64,000 bases of DNA from Octopus bimaculoides (GCF_001194135.2 NC_068995.1:33776458-33840457), one strand, 5' to 3'; shown: positions 1 to 13,559, numbered from the stretch's first letter. Numbers and translations: made by a program. The notes: generated from the letters alone by a model not told the origin.

Positions 1-658
1 TGGAATTCCGTAAAAAAAAAAAAATCAATATATATCCATTTTACCGAAAGTTATGACGGAAAAATCGGATCTTGTGAATTTTCCGAAAGTCCCCACCCCA
101 CCACCCCAAGGTCGTCAGCGCGCATTTTTTTTTTTCATATTCGTTTTCTCCATACTTGTTAACACCCACCAGGCTGGTTTATTATTTTTTCTTGTTCCCG
201 GCTGAAGATCTTTATATTGACCAAGGTGGTGATCAAGGTTTCTAACTTTTTAATCTCAAAAAATAACTGAAATTTTCGAAATTATCATGAACAGAAATTT
301 TCAATGTTTTTAAATGACTTGAAAATATGAATGGCCCACTAAACTCAAACCTTCTCCCCTCAGATTCATACAGTTCTCAAACTTTAAACACATAAACACA
401 CTATACGATAAGGTAATCAGTATGCGTGCGCACAACGACCAGAAGTTATGGGATCTAGTACCGAAAGATCGCCATAGTTCAAACCGAAAATATCCCAACA
501 TAAAGAAAAATCAAAAATTTTTTCAGGTTTACAGATCAAGGGCTGAGTCCTATTTCAATGTGCATTTTAAACGAAAGTAAAATATGAAAGAAAATACACT
601 ATTAATATAAGGGAAATATAAAACAATGAAATGCATTCGGTGTCCGTACATACAGTGC
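1..658. mobile_element. Probable terminal non-coding part of a DNA transposon, truncated by the window start
   Basis: CpG-rich relative to the window, no ORF, and ends sharply at ...GTACATACAGTG (CACTGTA on the minus strand, CACTG-type terminus) before a SINE. The other end is not visible. Confidence 0.3.
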
Positions 659-669
659 TACAGTAATGT

Positions 670-1025
670 ATGTATGCATGGTTTGGGGTTCAGTCCCATT
701 GAGTGACACCTTGGGCAAGTGTTTTTTCTTCTGTAGCCTTTTGGTTGGCCAAACCCTTGTGAGTGGATTTGGTTGGCAAATATTGACAGAAACCTGTCAT
801 ATTCATATGGATATATGTGTGTGTGTGTATGTTAGTGTCTCCATTGCATAGTGTTGTAAATGCTTGTTATTCATTTCCCATATTCTGCAAAAACATGTTT
901 CACCATAGGGAAGTATTACCTTGCTAGGAAACAGATGAAGGTTGTCACAGTAAGGGTATACAGCTATGGAAAATTTGTCTCAATAAGCATGGAAAAGAGG
1001 ACATTTATATGATGATGATGATGAC
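670..1025 (+). mobile_element. tRNA-derived SINE family B, 5'-truncated, with (ATG)n tail
   Basis: GGGTTCAGTCCCA...ACCTTGGGCAAGTG...CCTTGTGAGTGGATTTGG body recurs at about 6430, 18835, 20770, 28290 and 48612; ends in ATGATGATG. Confidence 0.75.
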
Positions 1026-1879
1026 ATATCTTTAATTTTTTATTTGTTTCAGTCATTAGACTGCAGCCATGCTGGTGTAGGAGATTGCTAAGCCCTACCT
1101 GACAGATCTGAAACAGATTTCATACTCTTGTTGCTTGTCAGATGACTGTCTGATTCCAATGTGTTTTATTTCCATGTTGAGAGATTTATGAGAAATGCCT
1201 GATCTCCAGAGACCTTTGCTGGTCACGGAAGGGCCAGTCTTTTGTTTTAGGTTTGACCTACTTCCTGGCCATATCCTACATAACTGAGATAGGCCCTGTC
1301 CTATATAATTATCTCTCTAGCTCTTTTTGGTTCAACATGCTAATAGACAGCACACATCTCTATTCATGTCAGCTGTTAACTGAGAGCAATAACATTGACT
1401 GAATGGAAAGGAGCAATGTAATCTTTACTCTTTCTTCTTCATCTTTATGAACTTGCAGTGTTGTTAAAAATATGATATCTGAAGGAGATGAAAATCATTC
1501 CAACAGTGGTCAGCAAGAACACCAGATGCATTCTGTCATTTTAGGGCTTTTCAAATGCATGTACTCACACTCAGCCACATGCTCAGATGAAAATTCATCA
1601 CCTTTTATATATGAAAGATTGAATAAAACATTCACTGATATTGTGAATAGCTGTCTGTCTGAATAAAAATCCAGTATACACAGTTGAAGCAGTTTTAAAC
1701 AGCTATCTAAATATCGTACTTGATATATAGAAATGGAAATAATCTATTCTCAAATGCGAAATAATACTGAGCAGCATGTGTAGGATAAATAATCCTTATA
1801 TTGCAGAAAAATTTGTCAGCAGCCAACATTGGCTGCTGTCAATAGCTGCTGCGATGATCTTTAGGCTCAAGGGCTTGAA

Positions 1880-2895
1880 GTCCAAGGCCCTTCCACCCCA
1901 GGCTTTGCTTCATTTGGTTGGATAAGTATGACAACACCAAGGTGAGGAAAAGCATGGAGGGTAAGGCTGAGGGGGCCATGAGGCAGCAGTCTGATGAAAT
2001 AAGCAACAACAATGAAGAGGAGGAGGACGACTTCTTCACTGGTGTCACCCAGCTAAAAGAGAGCAGTAGGAGCCACAGGTCACTCAAGGACAAGGCCCAG
2101 AATTTGGCGAAGACCTGCTTGGAGACCAACTCCAAGGATTTACTGACAGATGCTGCCTTCTTGGGTGAGCAAGTGTTGATAGATTTGTTCATCAAGTTCA
2201 ACACAGTCATTCCCTCCACTGATACAGTGGAGCATTTGTTCTCTATGGGCATGGACATCTTGAGGGCCAAGAGATTATTATCCCTGTCTGACGAAAACTT
2301 TAACATGCTAATTTTCATGAAGGGCAACATGCATCTCATGAACAAAATGGAGAACGAGAAGCAGAGGAAAAATTAAATTATGTATATATAATGTTTTTCA
2401 TTTTTTGTTTCATCAATAAACTTTTTCAGTTTAATACTAATATTGTGTTTCATTTGAGAGTTTTTAAAAATCTTTTTCTGGCTCTAAAAGCCTTTAAAAA
2501 CCTTTAAAAAAAAAAGGGGGGGGGGNNNNNNNNNNNNNNNNNNNNNNNNAAAACTATGAAATCAGCATTATTAGGTCTTTTGAAAGTTAAAACTATAAAA
2601 TCAGCGTTTTTTTAACTCTAAAGCAAATAAAAAAAAAACGGTTTTTGTTCTAAAGCCCTTAAAAAGGCCCAAAATAGCTGATTTTATAGTTTTGGCACAT
2701 TTTTTAAGGTGTTTTTACATGATTTTAGGTGATTTTTTTGTTTTTTCTATAATAAAAATTAATGTTAATGGTTTATCGATAACTTCCATTACATTTTTAA
2801 AGAATTAACTGATTAACGATTATTGAAGTAAACTTTTTGGTTAATGGATTAACAGCTAGCAAAGTTAACTTTTCGATTAATGGTACCCACCTTTG
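1880..2895 (+). mobile_element. hAT transposon 3' fragment: transposase C-terminal dimerisation region plus 3' subterminal region (spans a gap)
   Basis: ORF 1918-2376 contains LFIKFNTVIPSTDTVEHLFSMGMDILRAKR..LSDENFNMLIFMKGN, matching the hAT dimerisation pattern (NT.LPSSA.VERLFS...R..LSDE.F..L.F.K.N). FHPRLCFIWL lies just upstream in frame. GTTAA-rich subterminal repeats end in CCCACCTTTG. Confidence 0.75.
2526..2549. other. Assembly gap (N run)
   Basis: Run of n. Confidence 1.
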
Positions 2896-2904
2896 CCTGC
2901 TTCT

Positions 2905-3185
2905 AAGTAAGATAATATTTCCTCATGACCAGATGTGTTTTCATGGAAGATTGGGAAAGAAGGATGCCACTCACATAACAGAGACATTCATTTACAACTA
3001 TCACACAATGTCAAAACAAGGAGACAGTAACACGCACATACATACAATGGGCTTCTTTTAGTTTCCATCTACCAAATCCACTCATAAGGCTTTGGTCAAC
3101 CCAGTATTATAGTAGAAGATACTTGCCCAAAGTACCACACAGTAGGATTGAACCCAGAACCATGTGGTTGGTTTGTAGACTTCTT
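2905..3185 (-). mobile_element. SINE family B copy
   Basis: Reverse complement of the family B body (CTACCAAATCCACTCATAAGGCTTTGGTC...TTGCCCAAAGTACCACACAGTAGGATTGAACCC). Confidence 0.7.
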
Positions 3186-4059
3186 ACCCCAGTCATTCAT
3201 TTTTGAGCTAAGGGGATTTTTGCAGACATTTCTAATTTTTTATGAGTTTCTTCTTTGACTTCTGGTTTCAGTTTGTGACCATAAACTAAAATAATGCTCT
3301 AACTGTAATGGAATTCTGAAAAAGTATCTACTTAAAGTCAAAAACTCAAAGTTGGTGCCCTCACACATAACTATGAATTCATTTCTGAAGAACTGGTCAG
3401 GTATTATTAACCAATCTAATTCTGAAAGCGTTAAAGGGAGAAATTAAAATATACTACAGAAGAGCGTATATCATTAAAAAGCGAATTGAAAGATTAGAAG
3501 TTGTAGTATTTGATTCATCATGTTCATTGTTAAAAGATTCGGATATGATGGTCTGATAGGGAATTATAAAGAAGCAAATGAAGGTTTGGTTTGTACGGTG
3601 GAATGGTTATGATTTGGCTCTGTAGTTATGTGAACATGAAAGAGTGCAATAGAGACAGAGAAAATAAAAGGCAAGTATCATTTGCCATGGGTAGTTTTTA
3701 AGTTAGATGACAAAGGACCAAGATATGTGGTGCATTGCTGTACTCAAGTAGACCTGCCCACCACAATAGAATTGAAATCTTAAAAAACCAAGGTGCCACA
3801 TTAAAAACCTTTGTGTGGGTGTTTGTGCCATGTAAAAAGCACCCAGTACACTTTGTAAAGTAGCTGACATAAGGAAGGGTATCTAGCCATAGAAACCTAG
3901 CCAAAACAGACTATGGAACTTGGTGCAGCCCCTGACCATGCCAGTTCTTGTCAAGCTGTCCGACATACATATATACAATGGGCTTGTTTTGGTTTCCATC
4001 TACCAAATCCGCTCACAAATCGGAAGACAGACATTAAATGTTGATGAGGATAATAATCC

Positions 4060-4248
4060 TTTCTACTACAAGCACAAAGCCTGAAATTTGGGGGAGGGGT
4101 TAAGTTAATTACATTGACCCCAGTATTCAACTGGTACTTAATTTATTGACCCTGAAAGGATGAAAGGCAAAGTCAACCTCAGCGGAATTTGAACTCAGAA
4201 CGTAGTGACAGGCGAAATACCGCTAAGCATTCCATCCAGCGTGCTAAC
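4060..4248 (-). mobile_element. tRNA-derived SINE family A copy
   Basis: Reverse complement of the 5597-5815 element, including the core GACCCTGAAAGGATGAAAGGCAAAGTCAACCTC and B-box GAATTTGAACTC. Confidence 0.8.
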
Positions 4249-5596
4249 TCTCAGGTGCTTTGTGTTGTAGCTCTCATGTAAAGTCTAGCAGAATCAACAG
4301 CTGATATTGAACAGTAACTGTTGTGAAAGTCTGTCTCAGCTGCTCTCTTGTCAACTCTTTCATTTACTGTCCTTCTTTACCTTTTTGTTCAAATGTTATA
4401 TCCAGGTTGTTTGATTGCTCTCGATTACTTTGATTGACCAGTTTAATGATGGTATCATCATTTGATTTTTTTTTGTCTCTGAGAGTCATTGCTTAGTCCT
4501 TTTGATGATGTTATCAATGTGATATTTGTGAATTTGGTCAATCTTTTGCTGACACCAATCAGTCAATTTTGATGTCATTTCAAACAAAATTAATGATCAG
4601 TTTCTTGACGGTATCATCAATCAATATAAAAAGCATGGTTGTCAATCAAAAATTTCCGAATTGAAAATAACAAGTTCAGTATTCAAATATAAGTGTTGAT
4701 TATGTGGTTCAAAACTTCAGATTATTTGTATTTTTCAGTTTCCATTTTGGTTTTCTATTTTATCTTTAAATTTTATTTTCAGTTTAATCATACTTTAAGA
4801 GCTCAGCTGAAGAACTTAGTTCCACTATTTAAAATTCTTGGAAGTTTCACCTTTTTTATATCATTATAGAAGCAGATAAAATATCATGTGGTATTTAGTT
4901 ACATCTCTTGATTTGAATTCCATTCACACAGGCCACCTTTGTCAGTTTTCTTTCCAGTCAAGCACTAATAAATTTGTTACAAACCTATTAAATTTACATG
5001 AGCAGCTGGTGTTGCCTGAGAGCAAGGCTTGGGTTATATGCAATTATAATGTAATAAAATAAAAGAATCCTTTTGTTACTAAATACTTTTGTAGTGAGAT
5101 GATGCATTCATGCTTTCCAAGCTTTGAATGATGGCATTAAGCTAATGCAATTGTGGCTCAGCCAATGAGATCAAGTGGTGATCTGAAATCTTCCCAACAA
5201 ATAGTTTATAGAATCTTCAGGAACTTTTTGCTGATATTATATAAACAGAGGGAAAAAAATCTAACATGGGATCATTAACACACACATCCAATGGTAAACA
5301 TTGTGATTATTAACAGTATCATATGAGATAAATAACACTGTTATATAGGATAGTTAACTCTGTTTATGCTACTACATGTGATTGTTAACACTTAACAGAA
5401 TATGGGATCCTTGACACTATTACATAGGAATTTAGTAGTGTTGCTAGGTGAAGGAGCATCTTCAATCGTCACATTTTTTCATCCCATACATCACATTGAC
5501 TGATACTTTGTCTCACCTTAAACTAAGGGAGCCGACCATTTGAATAATAAAAGTGTTTTCAAATATTTAATTGCTCTTGCAATACTTTAGCATGTT

Positions 5597-5815
5597 CAAG
5601 GCAGCAAACTGGCAGAAATGTTAGCACACCGGGCAAAATGCTTAGTGGTATTTTGTCTGTCTTTATATTCTGAGTTCAAATTCTGCCGAGGTCGACTTTG
5701 CCTTTCTCCTTTCAGGTTGATAAATTAAGTACCAGTTGCATACTGGAGCCAATCTAATCGACTGGCCCCCTACCCCAAAATTTCAGGCCTTGTGCCTAGA
5801 GTAGAGAAGATTATT
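5597..5815 (+). mobile_element. tRNA-derived SINE family A, near full length
   Basis: A-box-like TGGCAGAAATGTTAG, B-box-like GAGTTCAAATTC, central GTCGACTTTGCCTTT...GATAAATTAAGTACCAG and (TTA)n tail; many copies in the window. Confidence 0.8.
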
Positions 5816-6429
5816 TTAGCATGTTCAATGACCATTATCATTCCTTTAAGAGATTTTAAAATAAAATAAGAAACTCATTTAAGAACTGCTCCTTTATCCC
5901 ATCATCACACCAAAACTTCTACCACCATTACATAACAGCAACAGCCTTTTCCATGTGTATTTACCTACATTTTAATTTTTCTTTCTATTTTGGATAATTT
6001 TCTTACTTCCAGTGCTGGCAAAGCATTGTTATTTTTTTATTCTTTTTCTTCACATCATACGTTGTTGATGAACCTACATCACATTCTGCATGCCAGACAG
6101 TTCCACACCTTTATAGCAGCTGTCAAAGAAATTTTACTCTAATAAAGAATTATATGACAAATAATTTTCTCCAAGCCCACATTGCTATTATTTATAATTA
6201 ATATGTAATTATATAACAATTTTTGCATTCTTAGTTATTTCACATTTCTGCCATCTCTTTAAAAACAGAGCGCACAGAAAACGACAAGCTTTATTAATTG
6301 CATCACAACTGGTAAAGGATCAAACAAGAATTGAAATGGCCATCTTGTGATATCTAGTTTGGATCACTTCAACTAAATTATATAGTGGTAAAATCATCTT
6401 CATGTAATTGCTTCATGTTAGAGGCATGA

Positions 6430-6775
6430 CTGCATGGTCAGAAGTTTGCTTCCCAATCACATGGTTCCCGGGTTCAGTCCCACTGTGTGGCACCTGAGGC
6501 AAGAGTCTTCTTCTTAGCCTTGTAAGTGGATTTGGTAGACAGAAACTAAAAGAAGTTCACCCTATAAATGTGTTTGTGTCATTGTGTTTATCCACCATCA
6601 CCATTTGATGTTCTGCTTTGTTTATCTATATCCCATAACTCAGTAGTTCAGCAAAAGAGACTAATAAGTACTAAGCTTAAAAAAAAAAAAAGCACTGGGG
6701 TAGATTTATTTGAGTAAACCCTTCAAAGCAATGCCACAGCACAGCAACAGTCCATTGACCAAAACCAGTAAAAGA
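6430..6775 (+). mobile_element. SINE family B copy
   Basis: AAGTTTGCTTCCCAATCACATGGTTCCCGGGTTCAGTCCCACTG head and family body. Confidence 0.7.
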
Positions 6776-7324
6776 TGCATATTATTTAGGGCTACTTGTC
6801 TTTCATAATATTAATATATGTGCATTTATTTATTGCATTACCTTTCAATTAGCTCCTGTCTATTCTTAAGCTACAGTTCTAATATAAGCTATCTGGTATA
6901 ATTATAACTGAGCAGGTCTTACAACTGTAAAGGAATCCTATTTAAACTCTGTTAATATACAAATATTTTCATTACCAAAATCAAGAATGAAATTCAACAG
7001 TGTCTAATCTGTTATTGATAGTAAAACAAAATCCCTGTCATAACAATAGGGGAGACAGATCTAATATAACAGATGATGGGGATATATAACCAACAGTGTA
7101 ATGTGGCTATCAAGACATACTGCACCTGCACCTTGTTTGGTATCAAGCTTGTATTTGAAATTTTGAGGAAACAGAAATTCTTTAATGCTGAAAAGATCTA
7201 CCACAGAACAATGTATTTATATCCTTTAAGTTGGTTTCATGGTATTGGGTGATGTGATGTATTTGGTGGTTTGTGGAATGATGAACATGAAATTACATGC
7301 ACATTCATGCAGACAGATACGAAT

Positions 7325-7797
7325 GAGTGAAGGCATGTGGCTAAGTGGGTAGGATATTTAGCTCATGATCGTATGTTCGATTCCTGGTGTTGCATTGTGT
7401 CCTTAAGCAAAACACTTTATTTCACATAGCTCTAGTCCACTCAGCTGGCAAAAATGAGTAATACCTATATTTTAAAGGGTTATCCTTGTCACATTCTGTG
7501 TCATGCTGAATCTCATTGAGAATTACGCTAAGGGTGCGCATGTCTGAGAAATGCTTAGCTGCTTGCACATTTTTCACGAGCAGGAGTGGTTGGCATTAGG
7601 AAGGGCATCCAGCTGTAGAAACTCTGCCAAATCAGATTGGAGCCTGGCGTAGCTATCTGGTTCACCAGTCCTCAGTCAAATCGTCCAACCCATGCTAGCA
7701 TGGAAAGCAGACGTTAAACGATGATAATGATGATGATGAGGCTATTCCGTTGATCGGATCAACTGGAACACTCGTCATTGCAACTGACAGAGTGTCA
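7325..7797 (+). mobile_element. tRNA-derived SINE family C interrupted by an RTE 3'-tail insertion (7585-7738)
   Basis: Head TGGCTAAGTGG...GTTCGATTCC; body related to the 19865-20200 copy; the inserted tail is near-identical to copies at 33710 and 37700. Confidence 0.65.
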
Positions 7798-7879
7798 ATT
7801 AAAATTTTTTTTTTAAATCATGGATTAATCTGCATAGAATGTCCTTGTTCATATCTAATATCTCACATAAGTTAATGGA

Positions 7880-8080
7880 GATGGTAAGGAATTAAATTCC
7901 AGAAAAAGAATCTTGTGACTGATTTTACAAGTTCTTTTTTTGATATCTTGGTCAGAGTACGAAGGGTGGCACCCATGACTGCCTTCAGGTGGTCCGTAAC
8001 TGGTGTGAGGGAGTAAGTTACACCACTCAGATGAGACACCTGGCCAGAATACCTGTAATAAAGTGAACTCAACTAAAGGC
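7880..8080 (-). mobile_element. Tc1/mariner transposase C-terminal remnant
   Basis: Translation HLKAVMGATLRTLTKISKKELVKSVTRF resembles the C-terminal helix region seen in the 13668-14367 element. Confidence 0.4.
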
Positions 8081-9538
8081 ACCAAAGAGTGCTACTGATA
8101 TTTTTCCAATTTTGTAAACATTGTGTATGGATATTGTTTTAAAAAGACAGTAAAAAAAAGAAAGAAACAACATTTGTATGAAATTTCGTAAATTGTTTAA
8201 TACATGCTGAAGATTAACAAAGAAATAGGGAAAGCATTTTACAAAGAAGAAACAACTGTGTGAATTTGTATTTGTAATTTCATTTGATGTCACAATGTCC
8301 CAACAATGTCTCCAAAAAACAAACATCTTCAGTGATGACAATGAAGAAATAGGTAGATCAGGTGCTTCATTAAGATTATTTAGAGCCTAAAATTAGTGGG
8401 CAGGAAAAAAAAAAAAAGTTTAAAGGAAATCTCTAGTTTTATAGTTTTAGTCTATATCAAGATTAAGATCATTATCATGTCAATGTTGAAGTTCTTGTGA
8501 GTGAACAGAATTTAAAAAAAAAAAGAGAAATAAAACCTAGAAAGATCAAATAGAATTCTAGAATACTGTTTAGAATATAAGGAAGAAATTTTGGTGTGAG
8601 TGGGGGAAGAGAAATTCTATCTTAAAAGTAAACAAGAATTTTTCAAAGCAAGATTTAGAATCCCAAGACATTTTATTGGCACACTGGAATCGCATTAATT
8701 TGTTTTTAAGGCCAAAATTTACACCGCTAAAATATTGAAACCATAATGTAAACCTAACAGAATATTTTTGCAATATGAAAAGAAAAAGGTTTAGCTTCTT
8801 CTATGTCTTTAATGTGAGATTTACTTTTATACAATATGATTTTACAGAATGTGATTTGGCAATATCAATACAAAGGTTTTACTACAGATTAATCAATCAA
8901 TTCTAATGGCACAACTGAGACACAAATAATTCTACTGTCTCAAAATTTTAACTTGCTATTGAAAAGCAAAAGAAAACGTTTAAATATTTCAACATGTTGT
9001 ATATGATACTTTATTGACATATGTAAACTTAAAATGTTTCTTGATCATGCATAATGATGGGCATAATGTAAAAACAAAAAAAAAAGACAAAAACAACAGT
9101 CTCACAGATATTTCATACTCATTTTAACAGTGTTATTATTATAAATTATTATGGATTACCATTAATATGAAATATTGTAGTTGATGGTCACTAAACTTAT
9201 GAGTTATCAAACAAGTCAAATGTTTTAAAAGTATAAAAGAAAAAAACGAAAAAAAAAAACAAAACAAATTAAAATTAGAACAAACGTCTAAATCTGACCT
9301 GGAAACCATTTTGAGACATCAAAATTTGATTTATATATATCGCAGTTTTACATGCTTGAATGCATTTTGATGTTTGCCTGTAACATACCTAGCTTATAAT
9401 TCTAAAGCAAATGAAATTAGAATCTTAGATTTTATATAAAGAACTACTTGGACTCAGCATAATTACATTTCCACAAATGGTACTGCAGTGTTAAGTGAAG
9501 AATATTTCTTTTAGAAATTACTGTTTCCACCCACACAC

Positions 9539-9540
<2 letters not shown>

Positions 9541-9614
<74 letters not shown>
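9541..9614. repeat. (GT)n microsatellite
   Basis: Perfect dinucleotide run. Confidence 0.98.
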
Positions 9615-9617
<3 letters not shown>

Positions 9618-10336
9618 TATGTTTATATACATATATTCAGAGTCATACATAACAGGTATGTGTATAAATATGGGATTAACACACACAAACCAAACATAAA
9701 AACCTAAGAACAACTTCTCTAATATTTCCTAATCTAAAAACATACAAATATAAAGAGACTTCTAACATTTCTACAAAAGAATCAAATTTATAAGAAAATA
9801 ATACATGAAAAGAAATGAAATTACTTAAGTAATTCTCCAGTTTCCCATGTCTTTCCTTCACATTTAAAATATATATTAAACAAGGTTGCTGTTTCTGTTA
9901 GGTGAAAACTTACTGATTGTATGATGGCATATTGTACATTCCACATTACAACAGCTACCTGAAAATTTCTTTGGTATAAGTTAATAGTTGTCACATATTG
10001 GTAAAAGTTGTTTATTTTTATGAAAAGTATGTTATAAGGGATGCATGTATTTGTGGCAAGACTGTTTTTGACAATGCTAAAAACCTAGGATTAGAACAGC
10101 TCAACTCCTTGTTGCACACACATACAACACACCACATGATACCTACAAATGGAAGCAATTACAATAATAGCTCAAGAGCGAGGTTTTAATATCTACTGAG
10201 GATTTCTGATTAGTTTATAATAATTGTTAGACTAGATGTCACACTGAGTTTTAAAATTTACACCCAAATTTGAGAGAGACTGAAAAGACAGAGAGGGTGA
10301 GGAAACAATTATGCAAAAAAAAAAAAAAAAAAAAAA

Positions 10337-10871
10337 NNNNNNNNNNNNNNNNNNNNNNNNNNNNNNNNNNNNNNNNNNNNNNNNNNNNNNNNNNNNNNNN
10401 NNNNNNNNNNNNNNNNNNNNNNNNNNNNNNNNNNNNNNNNNNNNNNNNNNNNNNNNNNNNNNNNNNNNNNNNNNNNNNNNNNNNNNNNNNNNNNNNNNNN
10501 NNNNNNNNNNNNNNNNNNNNNNNNNNNNNNNNNNNNNNNNNNNNNNNNNNNNNNNNNNNNNNNNNNNNNNNNNNNNNNNNNNNNNNNNNNNNNNNNNNNN
10601 NNNNNNNNNNNNNNNNNNNNNNNNNNNNNNNNNNNNNNNNNNNNNNNNNNNNNNNNNNNNNNNNNNNNNNNNNNNNNNNNNNNNNNNNNNNNNNNNNNNN
10701 NNNNNNNNNNNNNNNNNNNNNNNNNNNNNNNNNNNNNNNNNNNNNNNNNNNNNNNNNNNNNNNNNNNNNNNNNNNNNNNNNNNNNNNNNNNNNNNNNNNN
10801 NNNNNNNNNNNNNNNNNNNNNNNNNNNNNNNNNNNNNNNNNNNNNNNNNNNNNNNNNNNNNNNNNNNNNNN
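10337..10871. other. Assembly gap flanked by poly-A and (GT)n
   Basis: Run of n between a poly-A run and a (GT)n run. Confidence 1.
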
Positions 10872-10955
<84 letters not shown>

Positions 10956-12147
10956 ATGCATGCATGCTTGCTCGCATGTGTACACACACAAGCAAGCACG
11001 CACATGTACACACACAGATAGATAATTACTAGAAACTGTCATGCATATTTGCCTTGATTAAATAGTTGAACTGTAGGAAAGATAACAACTTTATGGCACA
11101 AATTTATAATTAATGAAATAAAACAATATGAAAAAACAAAAAACACTTTCTGATTCAGTAGAAATTAGGAGACATGTAAGTTCCATGTCTATGAGTGCTG
11201 CCATAGAAAAGATGAAAAATAAGGAGGAAAATCCTATGTCAGCATGATGAATATATTCTGAGTCATGAAGGTCAATTTTGAAGTCAGATAAATAAAAATT
11301 TTGTGGAGAAGATGAAATAAATTATAAATCACTAACTTTATATACATTCAGTGTTACATTTTACTTCATTGTTTTCTTACCATTGCCAAGAAATTATTTA
11401 AATACAACACACACATATGCTCACATTCCACATGCATACAGAAAGCATAATGAAGAGATATCTAATTTGGAACATTCCCATGTCATTTCTCAAAATCTTT
11501 AGTTAATACAGTTATGGAAAGAGTATTCTTTTTTTATTGGAAGTAGAGAATTAATAAGTGGGGTTACAGATAACAGTATTCAGCAATGTACTGCCAAAAC
11601 TGAAAGTTAATGCAAACTAACTACTACCTGAAATGCTCCAAGGTAGAATAATAAACCAGAATCGCAAACATTGGAAACAGTGTTTGTGGTATTTAGAATT
11701 GAACACACACTCGTACATACTTTCCCCGCCAAAATCAAATTTTATTAATACAATAATAAAACAAAACCCCTTTAAAAAAAATTTCAATGATTAAAAAGCA
11801 TGTTAAAAAATAAACTGAAAACACATTAAACACAGTCTAGTAAGTAAACTGGATATATTTCAAAGGTTTAATGCTTAGAGTACAAATGAAGTGACTACAG
11901 CCATAAGGGAATATTAATAATACATTTGGAGAGTGTAAAGAGGATGGCTCCTGGAACTCCTGAAACACCATTTTATTCTTGTCTTTAGTCTTAACCAGGT
12001 TTTGAATTTAAAGATATTAAATACAACTTGGAAATTAATGGTAAAGGAATAATAATAATTATATTAAATGAAAAAAAGTAAAAGAAAATAACCCAAAGAA
12101 TATTTACCCCAAAAGAGAGAAGTAAAATTAAGAATAATAATTCTAAT

Positions 12148-12594
12148 TCTTGGCACAAAGCCAACAATTTTGAGGGGAAGGGTAAGTCGATTACATTGAT
12201 CCCAGTGCTGAACTGATGCTAATTTTATTGACCCCCCCCCCCAAAGGATGAAAGGCAAACTTGACTTCAGGGATATTTCAACTTAGAATGTAAAGAGCTG
12301 GAACAAAAGTAGCAAGACATTTCTTCTATGATCTAACAATTCTGCCAGTCCACACCATCAGCGTATTAATAACAGTAATAATGATTTCAAATTTTGGATC
12401 AAGGCCAGCAATTTCGGGGAGGAGTAAGTCAATTAAATTGACCCCAGTATTCAACTGATACTTATTTTATTGACGCTGAAAGGATGAAAAGTAAAGTCAA
12501 CCTTGGTGGAATTTGAAATCAGAATGTAAAGACAGAAGAAATGCTGCTAAGCATTTCGATTAGCATGCTAACAATTATGTCAGCTCACTGCCTT

Positions 12595-12632
<38 letters not shown>

Positions 12633-13112
12633 ATAATAATAATAGTAATAATAATAATGTTATTTAGGCACAAGGTCAACTACTTTAAGGGAAGGGGTTA
12701 GTTGATTACATCAGCCCCAGTGCTTGACTGGTACTTATTTTTTGACCTCGAAAGGACAAAAAGTAAAGTCAACCTTGGAGAAATTTCAACTTAGAACTTA
12801 AAGAATCAGATAAAATACCACTAAGCATTTTGTCTGACACATTAACAATTTTGCCAGCTTGCCATCTAATAATAATAATAATAATATTTCTAATTTAGGC
12901 ACAAGGCCAGCTACTTTAAATGGAGAGGCTTAGTTGATTACATCAACCGAAGCACTTGACTGGTACTTATTTTTTTGCCTCAAAAGGATGAAAGGCAAAG
13001 TTGACCTTGGTGAAATTTCAAAATAGAAAGTGAAAAGCCAGACAAAATGCTGTGGACAAAATGCTGCTAAGCATTTTGTCCAACACACAAACAATTCTGC
13101 CAGTTTGCCATC
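12148..13112 (-). mobile_element. Four head-to-tail SINE family A copies (about 12148-12357, 12385-12595, 12655-12868, 12890-13112)
   Basis: The unit GCACAAGGCCAG...GACCCCAGT...AAAGGATGAAAGGCAAAGT...GCTAAGCATTT...CTGCCAG occurs four times, separated by (AAT)n/(AGT)n. Confidence 0.85.
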
Positions 13113-13373
13113 TAATAATAACAATGATGATGAGCCAAAAGGAAAGAAAAAAGAAACAAAAGACAAAAGAGAAGTAGGGTAAAAAAAAGTGGGAGAACAA
13201 TAGAAAATGAAAAAGAGGCAGAATAATCTAGATAAGAATTATTAAAGAATTCCTCAACCAAATGAGATCCAGTTCATCAAAAGCATAGGTATGTGTTCCT
13301 TTCATCACGCCACCAATTGGCACAGTTTCTACAAGGACCAGGGGCACCTACATGCAGGTTAGGCAAAGACAAT

Positions 13374-13559
13374 TTAAGATTCCGGTAAAGGAATTGCACC
13401 ATCAGCACCGTAGTTTGGTTTGGCGTCTTGACTTAAAACTGTTGTTTCTGTCACATTTCCGGTAGCTTCCTGAACTCCCTCTCCTTCTGCTGGGTGGCCT
13501 GAAGCAGTTGGCTGTGAGACGACTGGGGTAGCCTCTGAAGAATCGCTACTTAGTTCCTC
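13374..13559 (-). CDS. Terminal coding exon of an unidentified gene: EELSSDSSEATPVVSQPTASGHPAEGEGVQEATGNVTETTVLSQDAKPNYGADGAIPLPES*
   Basis: Strong acceptor (TTTCTTTGTTTTTCTTTGTAG|GAG). 186 nt open in phase 0 to TAA, while the other two frames stop early. GC content is elevated and the sequence is non-repetitive. The low-complexity acidic tail does not identify a family. Confidence 0.7.
   Translation of the reverse strand, partial: EELSSDSSEATPVVSQPTASGHPAEGEGVQEATGNVTETTVLSQDAKPNYGADGAIPLPES

Noticed and set aside
1839-2345. 168-aa minus-strand ORF
   Set aside because: Antisense shadow of the hAT dimerisation-domain ORF.
5597-5680. tRNA-like A/B boxes (also at 7325, 19865, 48612)
   Set aside because: These are SINE heads with no cloverleaf; not tRNA genes.
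10232-11042. Five long ORFs of 234-263 aa
   Set aside because: Composed of N-gap and (GT)n/poly-A translation.
12148-13112. Regularly spaced repeats suggestive of a CRISPR array
   Set aside because: Units are ~210-bp diverged SINEs in a eukaryotic context, with no unique spacers or cas genes.
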